A stretch of 64,000 nucleotides of DNA from Malacoraja senta. Lineage: Eukaryota. The position numbers and the translations under genes are program-made. How positions within the stretch are numbered: the first letter of the stretch is position 1; the number at the start of each line of letters is the position of its first letter. The stretch is taken from positions 62,001 to 126,000 of the forward strand of contig JAXLNO010000202.1 of NCBI GenBank assembly GCA_038087875.1. The letters run 5' to 3'. Shown one piece after another: positions 49,781 to 60,904 of this stretch. The notes beneath the pieces are model-generated. The model was not told the origin of the DNA. It did not search any database and saw only the letters and a list, made by a program, of their open reading frames with translations.

Positions 49781-50720
49781 CCAGATGGGGTGTCGAGAAG
49801 TTGGTGAGGAAGTGGAAGCCAAGATACCGAACGGACACAATGTCGAAAAGACAAATAACGGACATGACGTCTCCGGGGACGGGATTTGTCCGAGACCTTG
49901 TCAGCGATTGGTCCAGACCCCCACGTCCATCACATCACTGGCCGGGGGAGACGGGATGGTGGGGTGGGGGGGGGGGGGGGGGGGGTTTAATTTTCCTTCG
50001 CCTCTTTTGGACTTTCCTGAATATAAAATAAACCCTGTGTGATTGGACCTTTCGGTTGATTTAACAAAATGATACCAAATTGGTTCAATAGAAACATCAT
50101 CCATTCCTTCTATCCAGAGATGCTGCCTGTCCTGCTGAGTTACTCCAGCTTTTTGTGTCTATCTTCAATTTCAGAATTAAATAAAAAACAGAGTGCTGGA
50201 GGAACTCAGCGGGCTAGGCGGCATCTGTGGAGGGAATGGATTAGGAGTTGATTCGGTCCAGGGTTCTTCTTCAATAGGAAGGAACTGCAGATGCAGTTGT
50301 CTTTGCAAAACGGCAAATGATTCCGGGAATGCCGAGAGAGCACGAGAAAGTACGAGATAGAGAGATTCCAGCCTCTTAACCCCAAGCACCCATGGTAGAT
50401 CAACGCTAACCAAAATAATCCGCTCTATGATCTTTGGTAGTGACTCCAAGTTGCTGCGATCCAATCACACGGGGTTTTATTTTATATTGAGGAAAGTCCA
50501 AAAGCTGTGAAGTAAATTAAAAATCTCCCCCACCCTCCCGTCTCCCCCGGCCAGTGATGTGATGGACACAGGGGTCTGGACCAATCACTGACAAGGTCTC
50601 GGACAAATCCCGTCCCCGGAGACGTCATGTCCATTATTTGGCTTTTCGGCGTCATGTCCGTTCAGTATCTTGGCTTCCACTTCTTCACTTCGGCTTCTCG
50701 TCCTTCGACGCCCCATCCGG
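49781..50720. repeat. Long imperfect inverted repeat (arms ~49781-50047 and ~50460-50720)
   Basis: e.g. gacgtctccggggacgggatttgtccgagaccttgtcag versus ctgacaaggtctcggacaaatcccgtccccggagacgtc. Confidence 0.88.
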
Positions 50721-50724
50721 TTAC

Positions 50725-52335
50725 CAAGTGCAAGGTGTTACACTTTGGGATGCCAAACCACGGCAGAAATGTCACAGTGAACGGCAGGGCTCTGGGGAGT
50801 GTTGTAGAGCAGAGGGATCTAGGAGTATCCTCTAAAGTGGTGTCACAGATTGATAGGCTTTCAGTACATTGGCCTTCATCAGGCAGAGTATGGAGTCTGG
50901 AAGCTGGGATGTAATGTTACAGTTGTAGAAGACATTGGTGAGGCCGCGTATGGAAGATTGTGTACAGTTTTGATCACCCTGCTGTGGGAAAGATGGTGTT
51001 AAACGGTAGGAGAATCTTGAATCAGATGACAAAGGTTTAAACTGAGCGACATGATCAGTCAAAGTCAGCATGGATTTATGAAGGGGAAAGCATGCTTGAC
51101 TAATCTGGAATTTTTTGAGGATATAACTAGAATCGATAAGTGAGAGCCAGTGGATGTGGTGTATCTGGACTTTCAAAAAGCCTTTGACATGGTCTCACAC
51201 GAGAGATTATTGTGCAAAATTAGAGCACACAGTATTGGGGGTAGGGTATTGACATGGATAGAGAACTGGTTGGCAGACTGGAAGCAAAGAGTAGGAATTA
51301 ACGGGTCCTTTTCAGAATGGCAGGCAGTGACTAGTGGGGTGCCGCATGGCTCGGTGCTGGGACCCCAGTTATTTATAATATATTAACCATTTAGATGAGG
51401 GCATTAAATGTGACATCAAGTTTGCAGACGATACAAAGCTGGGTGGCAGTGTGAGCTGCGAGGAGGATTCTATGAGGCTGCAGGGTGACTTGGTTGGGTG
51501 AGTGGGCAGATGCATGGCAGATGCAGTATGATGTGGATAAAGGTGTGGTTATCCACTTTGGTGGCAAGAACAGGAAAGCAGATTATTATCTGAATGGTGT
51601 CAGATTAGGAGAAGCGGAGGTGCAACGAGACCTGGGTGTCCTTATACATTAGTCACTGAAGGTAAGCATGCAGGTACAGCAGGCAGTGAAGAAAGCCAAT
51701 GGCATGTTGGCCATCATTGCGAGAGGATTTGAGTTTAGGAGAAAAGAGGTCCTACTGCAGTTGTACAGGGTCCTAGTGAAACAACAGCTGGAGTATTGTG
51801 TGGAATTTTGGTCTCCTAATTTGAGGAAGGACATTCTTGCTATTGAGGGAGTGCAGCATAGGTTCACCAACTTATATCCCAGGATGGTGGGACTGACATA
51901 TGATGAAAGAATGGGTTGACTGGGATTGTATTCAATGGAATTTAGGAGGATGAGAGGAGATCTTATAGAAACATATAAAATTCTTAAAGGATTGGACAGG
52001 CTAGATGCAGGAAAAATGTTCCCTTTTTTAATGGAATCCAGAACCAGGGGTCACAGTTTAAGAATTAGGGGTAGGTCATTTAGGACTGGGATGAGGAAAA
52101 ACGTTGTCACCTAGAGTTGTGAATCTGTGAAATTCTCTGCCATAGAAGGCAGTGGAGGCCAATTCACTGGATGTTTTCAAGAGAGAGATTTAGCTCTTAG
52201 AGCTAAAGGAATTAATAGATATGGGGAAAAAGCAGGAACAGGGTACTGATTTTAGATGATCAGCCATGACCATATTGAATGGTGGTGCTGGCTCGAAGGG
52301 CCTACTCCTGCACCTATCTTACTATGTTTCTATGA
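50725..52335 (+). mobile_element. Decayed CR1 fragments
   Basis: RT peptides 51150-51386 and 51668-52114; CR1 tail at ~52330. Confidence 0.85.
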
Positions 52336-53515
52336 GAGAGGAAAGATTTAATAGGAACCAGAAGGGCAACATTTTCACATAGATATGGTGGATATATGAA
52401 ACGAGCTGCCTGAGGAGGTACTCAAGGCAGGTATTATAACTATCAATCAATCAGATTTATTCATCACATACACAACAAAGTGCAGTGAAATGAACTTGCC
52501 AGCAACGGTACAATAAATAAAAACCACACACTACACAATAAAATTGAACACAAACATCCACCATAGCATTCTTCACTGTGGTGGAAGGCACAAAGTACAG
52601 TCAGTCCTCCTCCTTGTTCACCCGTGGTCGGGGCCATAAAAACCCTCCGCAGTCGCTGCTTTTAGATGACAGCATTAAAAGGACACTTGGACAGGTACAT
52701 GGTTGGGAAAGGTTTGGAGGGGTATGGGCCAAAGGTGGGCAGGTGGGACTAGTGTAGATGGGGCATGTTGGTTGGCACGCACGATTTGGGCCGAAGGGCC
52801 TGTTTCCACCTTGTATGACTGACTCTAATTAGACAACATTATCAATAATGCACAGATAACAGCTTTGATATAAAAATTCAACTTCTTTCTTTTATTCTGT
52901 TAAGTAATCATTGGAATACACAATTTACAGTTTATATCTGATCACTAGCCTTTACACAGCAGGAGGGGTGAGCATATTTGTTACATCATAACTTAGTCTC
53001 CACTTTATTGTTAAATATTACAAGAATTAGGATTGACGTCACAACGACCTTTAATTAGTTTGAAATTTCACATCAGTTTTCATAGGAAACAATACCATTG
53101 TAGGTGTAAAGTAATGAGCTTACACTGGGGGTCAGATTCCAATGCTGGTGGTAGACACAAGATGCTGGAGTAACTCAGCGGGTCAGGCAGCATCTGTGGA
53201 GAACATGGATAGGTGACGTTTCGAGTCGAGACCCTTCATCAGACTTGGTGGAGGGGGAAACTAGAGGTATGTGGAAGGGTAAGGTGTGAAAATGACAGAT
53301 CCAGAGATAGGGGGTGGAGCAGACCTCAGGGTGAGGTGCTGGCTGGTTCACTCCCCGGTCTGCGGCCGCTCCCAGGGTGGGGGAGGGAGACTCCTGGAGG
53401 GGGGAGAACACCGGGGGGGGGGAGATCCCAAGGTGGGGGGGGGGGGTTGAGGGGGGAGGGGGAGAACACCCCTAGGGGGGGGTGAGGGAGATGTCAGGGA
53501 GAGGTGCTGGCTGGA

Positions 53516-53677
53516 TCACACCCCTGTCTCTTGTTTCACCCAGTCTCTCACGGCTGTCACACGCGTGTACACGCCGGGGTAGTTGCGCTCAGCACATGTC
53601 TTGCCAAAGCTGATGATTCCCGCCAGGAACCAGGTTCCTCTCGATTCACTGCAGGCCAAGGGTCCTCCAGAATCCCT
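53516..53677 (-). CDS. TMPRSS11-like serine protease, last coding exon (catalytic Ser)
   Basis: Minus strand tttgtcacag| [53 protein letters not shown]; 162 nt, phase 0; candidate AATAAA signals on - near 53004 and 52891. Confidence 0.92.
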   Translation of the reverse strand, partial: RDSGGPLACSESRGTWFLAGIISFGKTCAERNYPGVYTRVTAVRDWVKQETGV

Positions 53678-53922
53678 CTGTGACAAAGCAAGGCAGACGT
53701 GTGAGTGGTGGACACTGAGTGAACAAGAGACCGAGCCTCAGCTCGTGAGCTGCTTCACCCTTTACAAAATAACATCTCCTTTACATTCATCATAGGACAC
53801 CGAACAGTCCAGCCCAGGCACAGGCTCCTCGGCCCAATGTTCGATCCAAACATGATGCCAAGACCATTATCAACCTGCACGTGATCCATATCCCTCCATT
53901 CCCTGCATATCCATGTGCCTAT

Positions 53923-54362
53923 CAGGCACGTGCCGTGAGTAATTACTCAGGGTAGGCACTGGGCTGTCAGTTGACTTTAAAAAATCATAAAAATCCACGC
54001 ATGCGCAGAAAATGGTGAAACCGCGCATGCGCAGATCGGTCTCCTCTCCTGTGGACATGCGCAGCACGTTGCGCGCAGTCCACGTTGTAGAGGCAGGATT
54101 TCTGCTGCCTTTATTGCCCCTTGTAAGTGAAGGCTTGAAGCAACGTCCACGGCACGTGAGTTGAACGTAGTTATGCGTATTACACGTACTGCGGATAAAA
54201 GGCACGGGAGAAATACGACTACCTAAGATCCATTATTATAATAATAACCATTTAATAATAAATACTGAATTTAGTAAATGAATTAGAAATCTTTACTATT
54301 TACATTTAATAATTACCTTTTTATAATCAGACTACCTTGCTTACCCTGACCGCACATGCCTG
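53923..54362. mobile_element. hAT-like MITE
   Basis: TIRs caggcacgtgc / gcacatgcctg; 8-bp flanking duplication gtgcctat / gtgcctgt; subterminal cagggtaggca / tgcttaccctg. Confidence 0.7.
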
Positions 54363-55276
54363 GTGCCTGTCTAAAAGCATCTTAAACACCACTATCGTAT
54401 CTGCCTCCACCACCACCCCTGGCAATGTTCCAGGTACCCACCACCCTCTGTGAAAAGCTCTTGCCCCACACATCTCCTTTAAACTTTGCCCCTCTCACCT
54501 TAAACCTATGTTCTCAAGTATCTTATTATCCCATTCTAGGAAACGGTTCTGTCTGTCTATCCTATCTATGTCTCTCATAACTTTATAAACTTCTCTCAGG
54601 TCTCCCCGCAACTTCTAGAGCTCCAGTGAAAACCAAGTTTCTCCAACCACTCTCGGTAGCTAATACCCTCTCATCCAGGCAGCCTGCTCGTAAAACTCCT
54701 CTGCACCCTCGCCAAAGCCCCCATATCTATGAGTGGCAGAGTGGTAGTGATATAGACTCACAGACACAGACTCACAGACTCAGCCACATACAGCATGGAA
54801 ATAGGCCCTTCGGCCCAACTAGCCCGCACCGTCCAAATTTCCCCATATCCTTCTAAATCCGTCCTATCCATGTACCCATTTAAATATTTCTTAAACTTTG
54901 CGATAGCATCTGCCTCAACGACCTCCTCCAGCAGTTTAGTCCACACACCCACCATCATTTATGTAAAAAATCTTACTCCTTAGATTCTTATTAATCTGGG
55001 CAGGACAAGAGGATTTTTCCCATCGATGAAAAATAAAAGCCTTATTAATGTTTTAAAAATGTTGAGATTCTCTCTCCTGTCAATCACTCCGTGAAGGCCA
55101 CGCCCCTTCCTGTGGGAGGGGGAGGGACTATAAAACCCAGAAGTGTGGAGGTGCCTCAGTTCTCTGCAAGATGGGGGAATGAGAAGGTCATGTCTCTCAG
55201 TCTGAGCTGTGAATAACACTGAACAGATGTCTACTAAACTGTGAGTGGTTTTATTGACGTGTCAGTGCCTTTAATG

Positions 55277-55610
55277 TGGTTTGAAAATGCAAAAGTGTGT
55301 TTTGGTTTGAAAATGTAAAAGTGTGTCTTGGTTTGAAAATGCTAAAGACGCCTTTGGTTTGAAAATGCTAAAGTTGCCTTTGGTTTGAAAATGCTAAAGT
55401 ATGCTTTGGATTGAAAATGCTAAAGTTGCCTTTGGTATGAAAATGCTAATGTGTGCTTTGGTTTGAAAATTCTAAAGTTGCTTGCCTAATTGAAAAGTTG
55501 GTTTGAGAATGCAAAAGTTGCCATGCCTAATTGAAAAGTTGGTTTGAGAATGCAAAATTTGCCTTGCCTAATTGAAAAGTTGGTTTGAAAATGCAAAAGT
55601 TGCCTTGCCT
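55277..55610. repeat. AT-rich tandem repeat (tggtttgaaaatgcWaaagt..., ~26-40 bp units)
   Basis: Directly visible. Confidence 0.9.
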
Positions 55611-55923
55611 ACTATATAATTAAAAGTCTAATCTTGACCACTTCCTGTTTGCGCTGTATATTGATTTTAGAAAAAAACGCTACCACGTACGGCTGTGATT
55701 TTTGGCCATCTTACTCAGTCCCCCTCTGCTCATGAGGTGCCAAGGATTTTCCCCATCAATGAAAAATAAAAGTTATTAGTGTTTAAAAAATGTTGAGATT
55801 CTCTCTCCTGTCAATCAAGCCATGAAGGCCACGCCCCTTCTGGTGGGAGGGGGGAGGGACTACAAAACCCGGAAGTGTGGCTCAGTCTCTGCAAGAAGGG
55901 GGAGGGAGAGGTCACGACTGTCT

Positions 55924-56457
55924 TTGGTGGCCTTGCACCCTGCTTGAAGTGGTATGAAACTGCATTTGAATTTGGTGGCATTGCACCCTGCTTGAAGTGG
56001 CACGAAACTGCACTTGAATTTGGTGGCCTTGCACCCTGCTTGAAGTGGGAGTAAACTGCACTTCAATTTGGTGGCCTTGCACCCTGCTTGAAGTAGCAGG
56101 AAACTGCACTTCAATTTGGTGGCCTTGCACCCTGCTTGAAGTGGCAGGAAACTGCACATGAATTTGGTGGCCTTGCACCCTGCTTGAAGTGGCAGGAAAC
56201 TGCACATGAATTTGGTGGCCTTGCACCCTGCTTGAAGTGGCAGGAAACTTCACATTAATTTGGTGGCCTTGCACCCTGCTTGAAGTGGCAGGAAACTGCA
56301 CTTGAATTTGGTGGCCTTGTACCCCGCTTGAAGTGGCAGGAAACTGCACTTGAATTTGGTGGCCTTGCACCCTGCTTGAAGTGGCAGGAAACTGCACTTG
56401 AATTTGGTGGCCTTACACCCTGCTTGAAGTGTCAGGAAACTGCACTTGAATTTGGTG
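55924..56457. repeat. 48-bp tandem repeat, ~11 units
   Basis: aatttggtggccttgcaccctgcttgaagtggcaggaaactgcacttg repeated head to tail. Confidence 0.95.
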
Positions 56458-57182
56458 ATGTCACCCCCCCCCCCCCCCGCGGTTATTCAAATGACGCAGA
56501 AAGAACAAGGAAGTCGGCCCCAGCGCATGGTGGGGAGGTTGCTGCCGTAGGCTGAGCCTGGCGACTGGAACTGGACTTGGGCTGAAGTAGAGCCTGGAGC
56601 TGGAGTGAGAGAGTATTGCGTTCGGGAACCAGCCCTCCCCGTGATGCCGCACACGCCCCCACCCCTCAAACACTACCTCCTCCCTCTCTGCCCCCCCGCC
56701 CGCTCTGCCCACCCCACTCCCACTCTGCCCCCAGCCCCCTCTGTCTCTGCCCTCTGTCTCTGCCTCTGCCCTCTCCCTCACCATCCCTCTGCCCCGCCCC
56801 CCCTCTGCCCCTGCCCTCCCTCTGCCCCTGCCCTTTCTCTGCCCCTACCCTCTCTCCCTCTTTAGCCGCGCCTGCGAGTTGGGGGCTATGCATGAGTGGA
56901 TAGGGCGGGGATGGGGTAAAAGGAACGAATAAATAATATTAATGTAATATTAAGGGAGATGGTTAGTGTGTGTATGTGTGGGGGGGGGGGGGATGTTAGT
57001 GTGTGTGTGATGCCGCAGACCCCCCCCCGCAATCGCGCGTTGAGGGGACGGGACCCAACAGGACCCACTTGGTCTAGTATATACTAAAGCTACTTGCTGA
57101 AGTCACTCAATGCCGCCATTAATGAACACAGAATCAACATCATTTTTCCTCGGTAAATGTGAATAAAATGGTAAGACGGTAC

Positions 57183-57319
57183 CTGACATGAATCTACTCT
57201 TCCTGATGATACACCAGCACACAGCATTCTCGGAGTGATATCGGATCCGTAGATATTCCTGCACTTTTGGTCATCAATAATCGACACTTCTGCTTCTCGT
57301 AGGATGTAGGGATCGATTC
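57183..57319 (-). CDS. TMPRSS11-like serine protease, penultimate exon (includes S1 Asp189)
   Basis: Minus strand ttttttccag| (G)[45 protein letters not shown] |gtacc; 137 nt, phase 1 to 0. Confidence 0.92.
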
Positions 57320-57454
57320 CTGGAAAAAACAAATTAAACACTAAAGCCGTCACATCACTGAGGGGCAGCAGTACATTGGATAAAGGTATTACCTGTGTTA
57401 TACACAGAGTGCTTGAGTAACTCAGCGGGTCAGGCAACATCTCTGGAAAACAGG

Positions 57455-57775
57455 GCGCCACGGTGGCGCAGCGGTGGAGTTGCTGCCTCACAGCACCAGA
57501 GACCCGGGTTCCATCCTGACTATGGGTGCTGTCTGTACGCAGTTTGTACGTTCTCCCTGTGACCGCGTGGGTTTTCTCCGGGTGCTATGGTTTCCTACCA
57601 CACCCCAAATACATACAGGTTTGTAGGTTGATTAACTTTGGTAAAAATAATTGTTAAAATATTGTCGCCAGTGTGTGTAGCATTGTGTTGTGTGTGGGGA
57701 TTGCTGGTCGGTGCAGACTTGGTGGGCCGAAGGGCCTGTTTCCGTGCTGTATCTCTAAACTAAACTAAACAAAAC
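57455..57775 (+). mobile_element. tRNA-derived SINE (HE1/V-SINE-like)
   Basis: Same head, core and tail as 47112-47400. Confidence 0.85.
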
Positions 57776-57792
57776 TTTTGTCTGGATAGGTG

Positions 57793-59745
57793 ATAGAAAC
57801 ATAGAAAATAGGTGCAGGAGTAGAGGCCATTCGGCCCTTCGAGCCTGCACCGCCATTCAATATGATCATGGCTGATCATCCAACTCAGTATCCTGTACCT
57901 GCCTTCTCTCCATACCCCATGATCCCTTTAGCCACAAGGGCCACATCTAACTCCCTCTTAAATATAGCCAATGAACTGGCCTCAACTACCTTCTGTGGCA
58001 GAGAATTCCACAGATTCACCACTCTCTGTGTAAAAAATGATTTTCTCATCTCGGTCCTAAAAGACTTCCCTCTTATCCTTAAACTATGACCCCTAGTTCT
58101 GGACTTCCCCAACATCGTTAATAATCTTCCTGCATCTAGCCTGTCCAACCCCTTAAGAATTTTGTACGTTTCTATAAGATCCCCCCTCAATCTTTTAAAT
58201 TCTAGCGAGTACAAGTCTATCCAGTCTTTCTTCATATGAAAGTCCTGCCATCCCAGGAATCAGTCTGGTGAAACTTCTCTGTACTCCCTCTATGGCAAGA
58301 ATGTCTTTCCTCAGATTAGGAGACCAAAACTGTGTGCAATACTCCAGGTGTGGTCTCACCAAGACCCTGTACAACTGCAGTCGAACCTCCCTGCTCTTAT
58401 ACTCAAATCCTTTTGCTATGAATGCTAACATACAATTTGCTTTCTTCACTGCCTGCTGCACCTGCATGCCTACTTTCAATGACTGGTGTACCATGACACC
58501 CAGGTCTCGTTGCATCTCCCCTTTTCCTAATCGGCCACCATTCAGATAATAGTCTACTTTCCTGTTTTTGCCACCAAAGTGGATAACCTCACATTTATCC
58601 ACATTATTTTGCATCTGCCATGCATTTGCCCACTCACCCAGCCTATCCGTCACCTTGCAGCCTCCTAGCATCCTCCTCACAGCTAACACTGCCCCCCAGC
58701 TTCGTGTCATCTGCAAACTTGGAGATGTTGCATTCAATTCCCTCATCCAGCTCATTAATATACATTGTAAATAGCTGGGGTCCCAGCACTGAGCCTTGCA
58801 GTACCCCACTAGTCACTGCCTGCCATTCTGAAAAGGACCCGTTTACTCCTACTCTTTGCTTCCTGTCTGCCAGCCAGTTCTCTATCCACATCAATACTGA
58901 ACCTCCAATACCGTGTGCTTTAAGTTTGTATACTAATCTCTTATGTGCGACCTTGTCGAAAGCCTTCTGAAAGTGCAGATATAACACATCCACTGGTTCT
59001 CCCTTATCCACTCTACTAGTTACATTCTCGAAAAATTCTATAAGATTCGTCAGACATGATTTACCTTTTATAAATCCATGCTGACTTTGTCCAATGAATT
59101 CACCACTTTCCAAATGTGCTGCTATCCCATCTTTAATAACTGACTCTAGCAGTTTCCCCACTGCCGATGTTAGACTAACTGGTCTGTAATTCCCCGTTTT
59201 AAAAAGTGGGGTTACATTAGCTACCCTCCAGACCTCAGGAACTACTCCAGAATCTAAAGAGTTTTGAAAAATTATCACTAATGCATCCACTATATCTGCA
59301 GCTACTTCCTTAAGTACTCTGGGATGCAACTTATCTGGCCCTGGGGATTTATCGGCCTTTAATCAATTTAATTTACCTAACACCACTTCCCGGCTAACCT
59401 GGATTTCACTCAGTTCCTCCATCTCATTTAACCCCCGGTCCCTTGCTATTTCCGGCAGATTATTTATGTCTTCCTTAGTGAAGACAGAACCAAAGTAGTT
59501 ATTCAATTGGTCTCCCCCCTTACCCTGATACACTACAAAGTACAATACAATACAAACTGCTGGAATAAATCAGCAGGGAACTGACTCCCAATCAGCTGTT
59601 CCCTCTTGTCCACTTCCACCAATCAGCGGCTTCCTTAAGCCCACTTGTTTTGAAATGCGAATGGAACGGAAAGTTGGAACGTTACAGATTTGGGTTCCTC
59701 CCTCTGCAACCGCTCCAACGGCTCCTGGGCCTCTGTAAAGCAAAG
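57793..59745 (-). mobile_element. CR1 family B with 5' UTR joined directly to mid-ORF2 (internal deletion)
   Basis: 57793-59513 matches 5450-7185; 59513-59745 matches 9530-9765. Confidence 0.88.
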
Positions 59746-59911
59746 CCCCGTGATCAGATGTTCTGGGTGAGGTTGGTGGGTATGCTCGATGACAGATGCT
59801 GCCTATTCGGGGTGTACGGTGGTGGGCTGGCATCACCGGCACAGGGCCAGGCTGAGTCCACCGTTCATTACAGGCTTCTGCCTTCCAGCACATTGGAATT
59901 GCCGTACCACC

Positions 59912-60330
59912 GCCTGACCCGCTGAGTTACTCCAGCACTCTGAAACGTCACCTATCCATGTTCTCCACAGATACTGCCTGACCCGCTGAGTTACTCCAGC
60001 ACTCTGTGAAACGTCACCTATCCATGTTCTCCACAGATGCTGCCTGACCCGCTGAGTTACTCCAGCACTCTGTGAAACGTCACCTATCCATGTTCTCCAC
60101 AGATGCTGCCTGACCCGCTGAGTTACTCCAGCACTCTGTGAAACGTCACCTATCCATGTTCTCCACAGATGCTGCCTGACCCGCTGAGTTACTCCAGCAC
60201 TCTGTGAAACGTCACCTATCCATGTTCTCCACAGATGCTGCCTGACCCGCTGAGTTACTCCAGCACTCTGTGAAACGTCACCTATCCATGTTCTCCACAG
60301 ATGCTGCCTGACCCGCTGAGTTACTCCAGC
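59912..60330 (+). repeat. 66-bp tandem repeat (~6 units), Penelope pLTR-derived
   Basis: gcctgacccgctgagttactccagcactctgtgaaacgtcacctatccatgttctccacagatgct repeated. Confidence 0.93.
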
Positions 60331-60904
60331 TCTTGTGTCTTTTTGTGTAAGCCAGCATCTGCAGTTCCTTGTTTCTAAAAATTGTGCAGCAACAAAGATT
60401 CACCTTCCAAGTGCAAAGGTTGAAGGAGAAGGAAGGAATGACCTTGTATGTACACAGAGCTTTAATAAGCCAGTATGGCATTCCAAAAAACGCAAGGAAT
60501 CATGGGATTTGTCCAACGTCACAAGCAATAAACAGGGTCACGGCAGCCGTGCCTCAGCATGGACACAGACCTGCTCCTCATCCGCAGCCAGGATCGATCC
60601 CGGGTCTCCGGCGCCACAATCGCTACCGAACCACCACTGGACCATCCCCGTCCCATCCCGCGTGCCCCCCCCCCCCCGTTTTCTGTCCGGTGGAGGCCAG
60701 AGACATTGGGAGTCAGACGGGAGCGGCGCCCCCAGGCCCACAGTCAGCGCGGAGAAGCAGCGCTAAATCCAGCTCAACTCTGCCTGTCTTGCTGGGTTAA
60801 CCTACAGCCCTGCCTGGACTGATGGGACACCAGCCTGGAGCCCTGGAGTTGGTGTTGCTTCTCCACGCTGGCTGTGGGCCTGAGGGCGCCGCTCCCGTCT
60901 GACT

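Larger units (their letters stand above)
55005..57077 (+). mobile_element. Probable composite non-autonomous Helitron
   Basis: Helitron-like start ctatataattaaaag at ~55612; degenerate GC hairpin then CTAG|T at 57074-57078; internal minisatellites; 55008-55195 duplicates 55742-55920. Confidence 0.55.

Noticed and set aside
59912..60330. CRISPR-like regular arrays (also 55924-56457, 17629-17885)
   Set aside because: Units are head-to-tail with no unique spacers, no cas genes, and the context is eukaryotic.
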